Assembly: GCA_905178155.1 (NCBI GenBank) | Contig: CAJINV010000005.1 | Span: 3,230,833-3,294,832 of the forward strand | DNA length: 64,000 nucleotides | Direction of reading: 5' to 3' | Source: Amoebophrya sp. A120 | Taxonomy: Eukaryota; Protista; Dinoflagellata | Shown here: positions 12,892 through 22,705 of the stretch, piece after piece | Position numbering within the stretch: position 1 is the stretch's first letter | How the letters are laid out: each line of letters opens with the position of its first letter | The notes under the pieces: model-generated | Told to the model about the DNA's origin: nothing | Database searches by the model: none | The model's input: the letters and a program-made list of their open reading frames with translations, nothing else | Position numbers and translations under genes: made by a program

Positions 12892-13808
12892 AACTGGTCA
12901 GGGACAAAACCAGTACCCTAGTCAACCCTCTGGAGAAGATGACGAATAAGGAAGGGAAGTGACTGCCCGGTAAAAATACAAGATGCCATGCGATAGGAAA
13001 ATATGATTCTTTTACCGTTTGTTTTGACTTACGCCTATATCGAAGCAGCTGATAGATATTATAGCTGTTGCTAGTTGCCGTGGTTGCCATGAAAATGAAT
13101 GACACTGCTCCTCCACAATTTGCGCCTCAGGCGCAGCTCCGTTTCGTTTTCGGTCACAAATAAACCAGGAGCACGACGAAGCTAGGCCGGTAGCATCGTG
13201 GAAGATGGCGAATTAAGTAATGAAAATGAATACCAATACTCAGCTTTCTTTTGTGATTTTAATAAAGTTTTAGCTTATCTTATGATTCAGCACCTTCAAA
13301 TGCAATTGCATTTCTAACTCACTGCTCAAAAACAAATTTGAACAATCTGTTTTGTACGAAGTAGAAGTCGGTCTACAGTTCCTCTTGTCTCTAGTCTCCA
13401 CAGCAGTTTTTTCACCAGCACCAACGAACAGTTACTTTATTTTGTGGACGCCATCTCGGCCACGTCCACGTCCAGACGCGGACTGACATTTTGCGCCACA
13501 GCAACGGATTTGACAGTTTGATTTGATGATACAAGACATACGGATACGGAAGCACACGGACACCAGAGGGAGCAGCTAAGCGCAAGCGCTCTATCTGAGG
13601 TGCCGCGTTACTTTCCTTTCTGTAGGTTTTATCCGAAGATGAACACGGATGAAAATTTCTTGGCTTCGCAGCAGAAGAGCAATGAATGGTACAACAACTC
13701 ACTTAGTTGCGATATTCAGGAGTCGAAAATAGGAAGTTGCAAGTGGTGGCTTTTCATCATCTTTGATTTTCTGTTCATCCTCCTGCTGCCAATCAGAAAT
13801 ACTCACTT

Positions 13809-14257
13809 TGTCCGCCCACCTGTACATTTATTTTATTCAGTCACTTTGCACGCATACATTGTTTCATCATGCTGGGGATCCGCATCTGCCCATTCATTTC
13901 TATCCATCCGAGTAGAAAAGGGATTCAATTCATCCAGCGAACAAGATTTGAATTTAGCTCGGGCTCGCGCGTGCGAGTTACGCCATGGCAGCGGTTTTAT
14001 TTTTGAGAAGCCCTTGCACAGTGGTGTCAACACAAACGCGCATGTCCAAAGTAGTCCAACGTGTCCACGTTCAAGATGTGAGTCCAGCCTCCTTTCTTGG
14101 AGTTAGTGGTCGCTAAATGCTACTTCGAAAAACCCACAGCGCGGGCCGCGCACGCGGCCCGGGACCCTAGTGACCCCGCTAAAAGCAGTTATCGAGAACT
14201 CGTTCTCGTATTGCTCAAAACCTTTCCTCACACCCGTGCATAGCACGCACGGCGGCT
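13809..14257 (-). repeat. Split direct repeat B2 (3' terminus of the element)
   Basis: 449 bp with about 5 substitutions versus 17011-17459. AATAAA occurs on the - strand about 20-30 nt from the end. Confidence 0.95.
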
Positions 14258-14371
14258 GTGTGGGGTGGTGTGTGTTTTTCGGGTCAGAGACCTCAGGACT
14301 TCTCGAAAGTTTATTACCGTAGCTCGTGCTACTTCCTGCTAGTTCAGATTTCTCTGGTTAGCAGGTAGCGG

Positions 14372-16747
14372 CTAGTCCGCCTCACGAATTTGCAGTAGTT
14401 GTTTCATCGGCATGTTTGTCACCGGCCCTGCGAATTCCCGCTGCCAGTTTATTAGCGGCGGCTTATCCATGGTCGGTTGCCACATGTCGATGGCCTGCTG
14501 CAGCTTGTCGTACCTTGAAAAGGGGTCCGCGCAGTTCAGCTCGCTCTTCACGTACTCGCACCACGAGCGGCAGCTGTATTCGTGGCACCACATCGCTGCC
14601 CGCGTACATATGTTCGTTGTCAGCAGCGAGTTGGCCGAGCATTTCACCGCGGCGCACAGCTCGCCGGTGTTGTCCACTCGGGTGAACGTTACCGAGTGGC
14701 TGAGCTCGTGTCGCCACGTCAGCTGCGCCACCCGGATCATCATCGCCTCGTAGTGTTCGATTGTGAGCGGGTGTTTGTAGTGCTCGCTCACGTCCGGGAA
14801 GTCGTACGTGATTGCCCGGATCTGGCCTGTTCCGGTTATTAGCAGCGCCCCGCCGCATGGTCCGCCCGCCTTGGAGCCGTTGCTGCTGGCGTCCAGGTGC
14901 AGCCAGTTTGTTTTCCCGTCGTGCACCTGTGGTTTTAGCACCAGGGGCTTCTGGTTTTTCAGCACTACCTGCACGCCGCGCAGGAGCACGGCCAGCTTGC
15001 GGCGCCGCGCTTTGTCCAGCACCCAGGCGTCGAGCCGCTCGTCCGATCCCGTCCAGTCATATATTCCGCGGAGTATTTCATTGCCTGCGTGGTAGGCGGA
15101 GTTGCAGACGATGAAGTTGGCTATGCCCAGCACGCGCTGCAGGTCCTTCATTGTCAGGCCTTGGCCCGCTTCGCACTTCTCGACGCAATGTTTCGTTTGT
15201 GTTAACGCCCTGTTCATGGAGTCCGCCGTCGGTTCAACTGTGATTTTGTTCAGCTCTCTTCTCCAGAAGTAGTTGATGCCCAGCGCTTTGATGGGGTTGT
15301 GCTCACAGCTGTTTTGCGACGCTCCGGGCTTGTCGCTTATCACCAGCCCCAGCGTGCGCGCCATCTGGCGGTAGAGTTCTCGGCTAAGCATCAGCCCTTC
15401 TCGGTCCAGGGCCATGTAGTAGCCGTCGTCGATGTATATCACCGCTACCGCGTAGAAGTGGATCAAAATCGACATGCACAGCTCCGCGACCCTGCACCAC
15501 GATGGAACGCTGTGCAGGTTGCCCATGTTCAGCACCAGCGCCAAGAAGTACTGGTAGGACATGGTGTGGTTTGACCACGCTGCTACCGGGTTGTGCTCCG
15601 GTATCTCACACCCGACCTGGTGGTAGGCGCCTTTGTAGTCCTCGCTGCCCAGTTCCACCAGCGGTTGTTTCGCGGTGTTGTGCGGTGTCTTTTTTATCGA
15701 GTTGCGCGCGTAGCGCGCTTCCTTTTTCACCCTGCTCATGTAGTCGCGTCCCGTCTTTTCGCCAAAGAAGGAGTCGCTGTGCGTCTGCTTTCTGTTGCGG
15801 AATTGTTCCAGGTGCTGCTGCATTTGCTCATAGACCTCCTTTTTCGAGGTGGTTGCGGGCATTCTGCAGCAGGCTTTTTCCTGTCCGACCGGTGCCGTCA
15901 TGGCCTGCGTCAGTTCCTGTATGACGCGGGTTCCGTAGAGCTGCAGTTTCTCCAGCAGCACCGAGCGCATGTTCTTCCTGCGCTCGTCCACGATTGGTCG
16001 TATTTTCCGAATTTCCTCTTTCGGAAATATATACGCGGGCACGCAGTGGAGCTGGTGCTCACTGATTTCCATGTTATGCCCGCGTTTGACCATCTGCATT
16101 TGTTCTTCTAGCACCGCGTCCAGTAGCTTGTCTGAGAACCCCTTAGGCTTCAGTTTGCGCAGCGTCACTCCGGCCTCGAAGAGCGCGTCGATCTGTTCTT
16201 GTTCCAGCGGTTGCTTGGTTTCGTCGAGGCCCCACACGTTGGACTCGGTCTGGTTCCCGATGGTGGGGAAGCCCTTCAAGATCTGCTCTGGCAGCTTCTT
16301 GTCCGGGTGCCCGATCATCGCAGTCAAACGCCGCATCGCCGGTACGTTCCGCACCTGCCCGTTCTCGCTGACCAGCACGCGTTGCAGGTGCTTGGGCGCG
16401 TGTTCGCGTACCAGCTGGAGTGCCTCGTTCTTGGTCTCCAGCTCGATCTCCTTCAGTATTTCGATTCCTCTTCGCAGGTGGGCTTTCCACCTGCCGGGGT
16501 GCTGTTTACAGAGCTTTGCGTTTCTGTAAAGCTCCTCCCTGATGGTCTTGACCGCTCGGTCCTCTGCGATGCAGGCCTGTACGTAGCAGATGGCTTCGTG
16601 CGCCTGCACCTTGAGCTCCTCTGCCTCCGTCCAGTTCGCCGACGCGTACTGCATCTGTGCGGCCACCGGCGCTTCCGGTGGCGGTAGCTGCAGCTCTGCC
16701 GAGCTGTAGCCGAACCCACCATGCTTAGCGCGCTTAGCACGCGGCAT
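14372..16747 (-). CDS. Reverse transcriptase-RNase H (DIRS/Ngaro/PAT type), 791 aa from the first ATG after A2
   Basis: RT motifs IRPIVD, EDYKGAYHQV, LNMGNLHS, YIDD and LGI; RNase H motifs LDAS, IEHYE, VDN and NCADPFSR. The frame is open further upstream into repeat A2 (to 16915). Confidence 0.92.
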   Translation of the reverse strand: MPRAKRAKHGGFGYSSAELQLPPPEAPVAAQMQYASANWTEAEELKVQAHEAICYVQACIAEDRAVKTIREELYRNAKLCKQHPGRWKAHLRRGIEILKEIELETKNEALQLVREHAPKHLQRVLVSENGQVRNVPAMRRLTAMIGHPDKKLPEQILKGFPTIGNQTESNVWGLDETKQPLEQEQIDALFEAGVTLRKLKPKGFSDKLLDAVLEEQMQMVKRGHNMEISEHQLHCVPAYIFPKEEIRKIRPIVDERRKNMRSVLLEKLQLYGTRVIQELTQAMTAPVGQEKACCRMPATTSKKEVYEQMQQHLEQFRNRKQTHSDSFFGEKTGRDYMSRVKKEARYARNSIKKTPHNTAKQPLVELGSEDYKGAYHQVGCEIPEHNPVAAWSNHTMSYQYFLALVLNMGNLHSVPSWCRVAELCMSILIHFYAVAVIYIDDGYYMALDREGLMLSRELYRQMARTLGLVISDKPGASQNSCEHNPIKALGINYFWRRELNKITVEPTADSMNRALTQTKHCVEKCEAGQGLTMKDLQRVLGIANFIVCNSAYHAGNEILRGIYDWTGSDERLDAWVLDKARRRKLAVLLRGVQVVLKNQKPLVLKPQVHDGKTNWLHLDASSNGSKAGGPCGGALLITGTGQIRAITYDFPDVSEHYKHPLTIEHYEAMMIRVAQLTWRHELSHSVTFTRVDNTGELCAAVKCSANSLLTTNICTRAAMWCHEYSCRSWCEYVKSELNCADPFSRYDKLQQAIDMWQPTMDKPPLINWQREFAGPVTNMPMKQLLQIREAD

Positions 16748-16774
16748 CTGGGTGGCAGTTGGGGTGGTGGTGGG

Positions 16775-17010
16775 ACAAACTTCACGATGTTGCCGCGCCG
16801 CAACGTTCGCGAGGTTCCCCGAGCGGAAACACCAACTAACCAACAGCAGTGCGTTCATGTGGACATACGCGTTTGCGTTCGTTGTGCGTGCAAATATCGA
16901 TCGATCGAATCTCACTGATTGCTATAAACCCGATTGCTACTGGGATGGAATGCACTTATTCGAATTGCATTACAGACTATACCTGGCGGACATTGGCTCG
17001 TGGCGCAGGC
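16775..17010 (-). repeat. Split direct repeat A2 (internal)
   Basis: 236 bp with about 2 substitutions versus 24881-25116. Confidence 0.95.
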
Positions 17011-17459
17011 TGTCCGCCCACCTGTACATTTATTTTATTCAGTTACTTTGCACGCATACATTGTTTCATCATGCTGGGGATCCGCATCTGCCCATTCATT
17101 TCTATCCATCCGAGTAGAAAAGGGAATCAATTCATCCAGCGAACAAGATTTGAATTCAGCTCGGGCTCGCGCGTGCGAGTTACGCCATGGCAGCGGTTTT
17201 ATTTTTGAGAAGCCCTTGCACAGTGGTGTCAACACAAACGCGCATGTCCAAAGTAGTCCAACGTGTCCACGTTCAAGATGTGAGCCCAGCCTCCTTTCTT
17301 GGAGTTAGTGGTCGCTAAACGCTACTTCGAAAAACCCACAGCGCGGGCCGCGCACGCGGCCCGGGACCCTAGTGACCCCGCTAAAAGCAGTTATCGAGAA
17401 CTCGTTCTCGTATTGCTCAAAACCTTTCCTCACACCCGTGCATAGCACGCACGGCGGCT
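17011..17459 (-). repeat. Split direct repeat B1 (internal)
   Basis: Copy of 13809-14257; begins 27 nt after the YR stop codon. Confidence 0.95.
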
Positions 17460-17485
17460 TTCGCCATACGTGCCCGAAGCTCTGC

Positions 17486-19459
17486 TCACTGCATATCCTG
17501 GTCGTCGGCCTCCAGCTGCAGGTCTGCTTCTTTCGCCACACGTTTCCTGACGACTTTGTCGCCGAGCGTGCGCTTGCGCGGTGGAATTCGGAGGTGCTTC
17601 TTGTTGTTCACACCCTTGTGCTTTATTCCATCCACTTCGCAGTCACATGCCGGGCATATCTGCGTGTTGTGGATGTAGAAGATGCCTTGGTGGCAGTACA
17701 TCTCGTCTTTCTGCGCCTTGCGTAGCACCGCCGCGGGTTTCCCCTTGTTCGGGATTAGTGCTCCCGCTTTGTGTTTCTTCTGCACCACCGGCTGTTTCGG
17801 AGGCTGCTTTACTGCCGGTTTTTTCTCCTGCCCCGCGGCGTTGTCGTCCTCTTTCTGAACCAGGTTTCTGTAAGCAGGTGGGAATGCTCCCGGCACTTTT
17901 ACCCGCGGTTTCACGTCCAGCAGCTTCTTTTCCAGCGCCGTTCGCGGGTCCGGCCCCGGCTTCGGTGCGAGGAGCTTGTTTTTCTTGTTTGGCGGTGACA
18001 GCATCTCCATGTCCTCCGCTGTCAAGTCCGTTTTTTGTGCCACCTGCTTTTTCATCTCCCATAGCCTCTTCGTTATGCCCGGGCACTGCTCCTCCAGTTC
18101 GGAGTCGTTTTCCGTAAGGCAGTCATCGATGCTGTTTTTTAGCAGTGGCGCCACGTTACGGCTGTAGAGGTGCCCCTTGGGCGGTCGTTCGTCGCCTTGC
18201 AGCGCGTGCGGCCTGATGGACGAGAGCACCGGGCAGACAGCATCTGGAATGCTATCTTTCCACTTTTCGTAGTCGGCGCAGTAGCGGTTGTACGTGGCTA
18301 ATTTTGTCCATCCGCGATCCATCATCCAGCTTGTCAAGTCGAATCTTGCGGCGTCGCTGGTCATCGCCCATCTGGCGTACAACGCCGCCGCCCTGCGTGG
18401 CGACTGCTGCGTCCAGCCGAGCCGACGCAGCAACGCGCGGCTTTCCGATGCTCTCGTGATTGTCTCGCTGCCGTTTCCCCACATTTGTTTCGCGATCGGC
18501 AGGTCCAGTCGCGCGTGTTCCGGGTTGTGCAGGAGGCACCAGGTGCGGTTGATCTGCTGTTTCTCCCCTGGCGGTCGCACCGCCAGGCCTCCGCCGAGGT
18601 GAGGTGGTTTTTGTAGTGGCACTGCATCGCGCAGCGCCATCCGCTCCCCGGTCTGCATGAAGCAGTTGCATCCGATCATGATGTCCCTGCCCTGGAATTT
18701 TCGCACTTTATCTTTGCCGACCGTCACGCAGAGGACTTCCTGGCCGTTGTGGACGCGGCGTTTCACGTCCTCCTCGTGTATCTCGTAGATGCTGCTGAAG
18801 CGCAGTCCGGTTTGGAGTGCGAAGCACATCTGCGTGAACTGGTTCGGATACAGCAGCTGCGTGACTGCCGGTCGCAGAATTGCTGGTTTGGCTTTGTGCG
18901 CTTCATCGCACGTCGCCGCGCGCTGCACGTCCCGCCGTGCAGCCACCAGCTCCAGCATCTCGTATCCCCACGCCGGCGCGAGGACGTGCCGCGTACTGCC
19001 ATCCGGTCCTTTCGGGGGTCGGATGCACCGCAGTATCACCTGTCCCAGTATGCCGTTCGGGTCCTTCTGCCCCGACCTGGCGAGTGTGAGGCCGTACAAC
19101 CTCAAGTGTTCCACTTCGATCGCACCCGGGTATACCGGCGGGAATCTCTTTGCACACCATGCTAGGAACTGGTGGTAGTATTGTTCCCGTTTTTGTAGTG
19201 TTCCCGCGGCGTTGGCCAGCAGCCCCAGCTGGTAATCCTCCTCCTGCTGCAGTTCCATCGCCGCCTGGGCCTGTAGCAGGCCGGAGTACATCCCCGCCAT
19301 GGTGGTCGCTGCTTGGTGCCCCACCGCGTACGTGGTTAGGAAGCCGGCTGTTACCACTGCTACGTTCCTCGTCGCCGTCGGTCCCGCTCGTTGGCCCGCT
19401 AGCACCACGAGGAGTAACGCAAACGCATGTACGACGTGACCTAGCATTTCATCTTGCAC
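17486..19459 (-). CDS. Tyrosine recombinase
   Basis: Box I TGLRFSSI, catalytic Lys region GKDK, box II QSPRRAAA (cf. HSxRxGAA), then RGW...TYNRY with the catalytic Tyr. Confidence 0.85.
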   Translation of the reverse strand: MQDEMLGHVVHAFALLLVVLAGQRAGPTATRNVAVVTAGFLTTYAVGHQAATTMAGMYSGLLQAQAAMELQQEEDYQLGLLANAAGTLQKREQYYHQFLAWCAKRFPPVYPGAIEVEHLRLYGLTLARSGQKDPNGILGQVILRCIRPPKGPDGSTRHVLAPAWGYEMLELVAARRDVQRAATCDEAHKAKPAILRPAVTQLLYPNQFTQMCFALQTGLRFSSIYEIHEEDVKRRVHNGQEVLCVTVGKDKVRKFQGRDIMIGCNCFMQTGERMALRDAVPLQKPPHLGGGLAVRPPGEKQQINRTWCLLHNPEHARLDLPIAKQMWGNGSETITRASESRALLRRLGWTQQSPRRAAALYARWAMTSDAARFDLTSWMMDRGWTKLATYNRYCADYEKWKDSIPDAVCPVLSSIRPHALQGDERPPKGHLYSRNVAPLLKNSIDDCLTENDSELEEQCPGITKRLWEMKKQVAQKTDLTAEDMEMLSPPNKKNKLLAPKPGPDPRTALEKKLLDVKPRVKVPGAFPPAYRNLVQKEDDNAAGQEKKPAVKQPPKQPVVQKKHKAGALIPNKGKPAAVLRKAQKDEMYCHQGIFYIHNTQICPACDCEVDGIKHKGVNNKKHLRIPPRKRTLGDKVVRKRVAKEADLQLEADDQDMQ

Positions 19460-20101
19460 GCAGCATCAACGATACGACAAGCCGCACAGCGCAGAACCAG
19501 AAGCATTCTCTCTCCGCTCTCTGTTCTGTTCTTCATGTCATATCCGCGCTACATGCGTTTGGTAACAGCCCTACTCGTCTGGACCATTTCGGCGACTCTT
19601 CGGGTGGGTTTACGTGCGCGCGCACGCCCTTTTTTGATACATTTTCCGTTCCGCGAACATCAGCTTGCACCTCGCATTTTTATACTCACTACTCTAGACG
19701 CGGTGCCGGACCAGCATGCCTTCCTTCTTTTTTCCGTTTTTCAAATAGCATGCTATTTCCTTTTCTTTTTTTTTTTTTTTTCACATTAGAAATTCCATAG
19801 TGCCCGTGGGACTTTTCCTTTTACATCTACCTGCGAACCGCAACAGCAACTCTAGAGTAGTAATTTTTAAAAATTTTTTGATGTTTTCCTCCAACTCCTC
19901 TTCATCGATTCCCCGGTGAGTCCTCGTTTTTTGGGGAGTCAAGCTCGACCCTACAGCGGAATTTAGTTGCTATTTCGTTGTTGTCGTCCTGCTGTTTTGT
20001 ATTATTTGTTGCTCTCTAACCCTGTAGTTGCCTACAGGAGGTCGCTTTGCAGCTAATTGTTGTCTTTCCTCGTTTTCGTCAGCTGCTGTTCCCTTCGTTA
20101 T

Positions 20102-22705
20102 TTAGTTGTTTCCGCTCCGGCTCCCGGTGCTGTTCCTGCGGCCGGCACTGGGCGTGGGGTCGCGGAACTGCACTTTCTTTTCCTTGTTTTTCTTACCCGC
20201 TTTGTCCCCCATCCCGTCCGTCTGCCTGCAGTGCGACAGCAACACGTCTTTCCAGGTGACCTCGGTGCAGATCAGGTCTTCGAAGGGCGGGGAGCCTAAA
20301 TCGCGGATGTTGTCCACGTGGTGGAAGCGGCACTTGCCTTCGCCCCGGTTGCAGGCATTGCGTGCCGAATCGCGGCAGAAACAAGAGGGAGTCCCTTGGT
20401 TTGATAACCAGGCGTTTTGTACTGGGCACGGTTGTACATACCCTTGTCCGGTCACCGTCCAGAAGACGTATTTGTTCAGCTTGGTATCCCATTGACCGAG
20501 CTCCTTGCACTTGGTGGCCAGCTTCCGCGAGTAGACCGGGTCTTGCTCGCTGGTGGGTCCCGCACACAGGGCTTCCACAGCCGCTTTCGTGATGGGTTCC
20601 TTTCCAGCCAGCGCTTCCTTCTGGTCCTGGTACCCCTTCTGCGGCTGCGGGTTGAGCGTGATCTGCCCCTTGTTGGGCTTAGGCCGCTTGTCCGTTTTTC
20701 CGCGCTTCGATTCGTGGTTCACTTCCTCGTCCTGCTGCTGTCCCAGGGGGTGCAGTCCCATCTGCTGCTGCTGCTGCTGCAGGTAGTTCAGGTTATCCGG
20801 GTAGTTCGTTCCCCCCACCTGCGTGTTCGTATTGTTCTGGTTTCGCCCACCGCCAGCATGCGGATACAGCGGCAGCAATGTGTGGCCGCCCGCGGAAGTG
20901 TCGTTGTTGTTGTAGCGCTTGTTGGACTTGCGTCCAAAAGCCTGTTTCCGCTGTTCAATCATCTCGACGATCATGTGCAGACCGTGGATCAACTGCGTAG
21001 CCACTTTTGTGGTGTCCGGTTTTTGTTTCATGGTCTGCACGGCCGGCGAGTACCACTGCGAGATCAGAATCTCCGGGCTCACCTTACACAGGTGTACCGC
21101 AACTGGCACTACGTGAAACACCATGTGCGGCATCGTGATCGCATTCATCCGGTGTTTCACTGGTTCTAACATTTCCGCGGCTTCCGCTGGTCCCGTACCG
21201 TCGAGGACAGCAATCGCGAGTTTCGCGATCTCCGCCGTGACCGGAAAACGCGCCGGGTCGCGCACAAAGGTTTCCGTGATGCACACTTCCATGTGCGTGT
21301 CCAGCGGGCTCTGGTCCACCTGCCGTTTGAGCTGTAACAGCGAGGTCACGTTGATTGCTGTTAGCAAATCCCTGTCGAAGTCCGGCGACACTCTCTCGAG
21401 TGTGCGTTTTTGCACTTCCAGCATCACCTGCAGGCACCCCGTGGTCTCGTGGGTCGACAGCCCTTTGCCAGATTTCCAGCCTGCGATGCTGAAGCAGCTG
21501 ACTACGTTGCCGTTCGGGTTGATCAGCGTGTTCTGCGGTTTCGGCAGCGGTGTTGATGCGAGTTGGATGTCGCTCCACACCCCATTATCCCCCGCCAGCG
21601 CCATAGCAATGCGGGCGACCTCGCTTTGTTGTTCCGTACAGGTCTGGAGGAATTTGTGCATAAAGCAATTTGGCTGTTCGTGGATGTATTTCGAAATTTT
21701 TCGCAGCCTGGCAGCCCGATCGGTGTCGTCTTTGCAGCCTTGCAACGCGTTCGAGATGCTCTGGCTGTACATTTTCGATTTCAAGTCGCTGGTGCGGCTT
21801 CCCCAGACCGGCTCGGCCCAGGCGCCCGGCGTGTTCACCCACGGCTTTTTCTTCCACTCCGTCGTTGCTCCTTCGCGGATTCGCTGCGCCGGCGAAGCGC
21901 CGTCCTCATCTGGCATTTCGCCCTGCAAGTTCACCCATCCATAGAGCTCGAAGTACATCCACGGCGAGTGGGGGTTGTCTCCCCGCGCATTGAAGTGTTC
22001 CTCTTCGCCCGTTCGCCATGGTCCCTCTGGCTCCTTGGCGGAGCGGTAGTTGACCGTGTTCGTGGTTTTGTTGGCGGAAACTTCTTCACGCTCGGTTTTC
22101 ACCGCGGCTAAAATTTCCTCTTTCTGCTGCCGCATGGCTCGTGTCAACTGCTGGACGAAGTTCGGGACATTGACGTTTCCGTTGGCATCCCCCTGGAGGG
22201 CTTGGATGAGTGCGCCCATCCCGGCTTCGTTTTCGCTCGCAGAAGATGTCGTTGCCTGTTTCACCTTTGTCATGTCAGATTGTTCCGGCGGCGGCGGCGG
22301 CACGCCCGCCGATCCCCCAGCAAAGGCGATTCCACTGCCCGCTGCTGCGGCGCTGGGGGCGATAGCAATCGTGTTCTTGGTTGTGGTGCTGCTCTGCACC
22401 CCTGCGGTGGTCGTCGTGCCCACGAACAGCTGCTGTCCGTTTGGCACGATGGCAAACGGGGAGGCCGTGTTCTCATTGTTCTGTTCGTCCGGCTGCGTAA
22501 AGCTGCCTCCGAGGCCCTGCTTTTCCGCCTCGGCGCCTGCGCTCACCTCCTGTTGTTCTTCTTCTTTTTCCCGTTCCAGCTGTTGTTCCTCCTCCAGCTT
22601 GCGTTGTTCCTCTCGGAGCTGTTCCACTTTGAGGCGGATTTCCTCTTTTTTGCGTTCGCGCTCAGCCTGCTGTTCCTGGCGCTGCAGTTTTTCTTCCTCC
22701 TCCAG
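20102..22705 (-). CDS. Gag-like ORF, C-terminal part, with a CCCH zinc finger
   Basis: Coiled-coil start, Gln-rich linker and CRDSARNACNRGEGKCRFHH (C-x7-C-x6-C-x3-H). It continues ORF 22662-23990 after a 1-nt frameshift. Confidence 0.7.
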   Translation of the reverse strand: MEEEEKLQRQEQQAERERKKEEIRLKVEQLREEQRKLEEEQQLEREKEEEQQEVSAGAEAEKQGLGGSFTQPDEQNNENTASPFAIVPNGQQLFVGTTTTAGVQSSTTTKNTIAIAPSAAAAGSGIAFAGGSAGVPPPPPEQSDMTKVKQATTSSASENEAGMGALIQALQGDANGNVNVPNFVQQLTRAMRQQKEEILAAVKTEREEVSANKTTNTVNYRSAKEPEGPWRTGEEEHFNARGDNPHSPWMYFELYGWVNLQGEMPDEDGASPAQRIREGATTEWKKKPWVNTPGAWAEPVWGSRTSDLKSKMYSQSISNALQGCKDDTDRAARLRKISKYIHEQPNCFMHKFLQTCTEQQSEVARIAMALAGDNGVWSDIQLASTPLPKPQNTLINPNGNVVSCFSIAGWKSGKGLSTHETTGCLQVMLEVQKRTLERVSPDFDRDLLTAINVTSLLQLKRQVDQSPLDTHMEVCITETFVRDPARFPVTAEIAKLAIAVLDGTGPAEAAEMLEPVKHRMNAITMPHMVFHVVPVAVHLCKVSPEILISQWYSPAVQTMKQKPDTTKVATQLIHGLHMIVEMIEQRKQAFGRKSNKRYNNNDTSAGGHTLLPLYPHAGGGRNQNNTNTQVGGTNYPDNLNYLQQQQQQMGLHPLGQQQDEEVNHESKRGKTDKRPKPNKGQITLNPQPQKGYQDQKEALAGKEPITKAAVEALCAGPTSEQDPVYSRKLATKCKELGQWDTKLNKYVFWTVTGQGYVQPCPVQNAWLSNQGTPSCFCRDSARNACNRGEGKCRFHHVDNIRDLGSPPFEDLICTEVTWKDVLLSHCRQTDGMGDKAGKKNKEKKVQFRDPTPSAGRRNSTGSRSGNN

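Noticed and set aside
13809-17459. LTR retrotransposon bounded by the 449-bp B repeats
   Set aside because: There is no integrase or protease and no TSD. The A repeats and the adjacent YR fit split-direct-repeat YR elements.
17486-19459. The YR as the enzyme that mobilises the introners
   Set aside because: Introners have 5-bp TSDs and TIRs, which point to staggered-cut transposition. No sequence is shared with the A/B ends.
19565-19605. Hammerhead-like motif (ccgaagag...gacgagt on the - strand)
   Set aside because: It deviates from both the CUGANGA and GAAA core boxes, and stems I and III are not evident.
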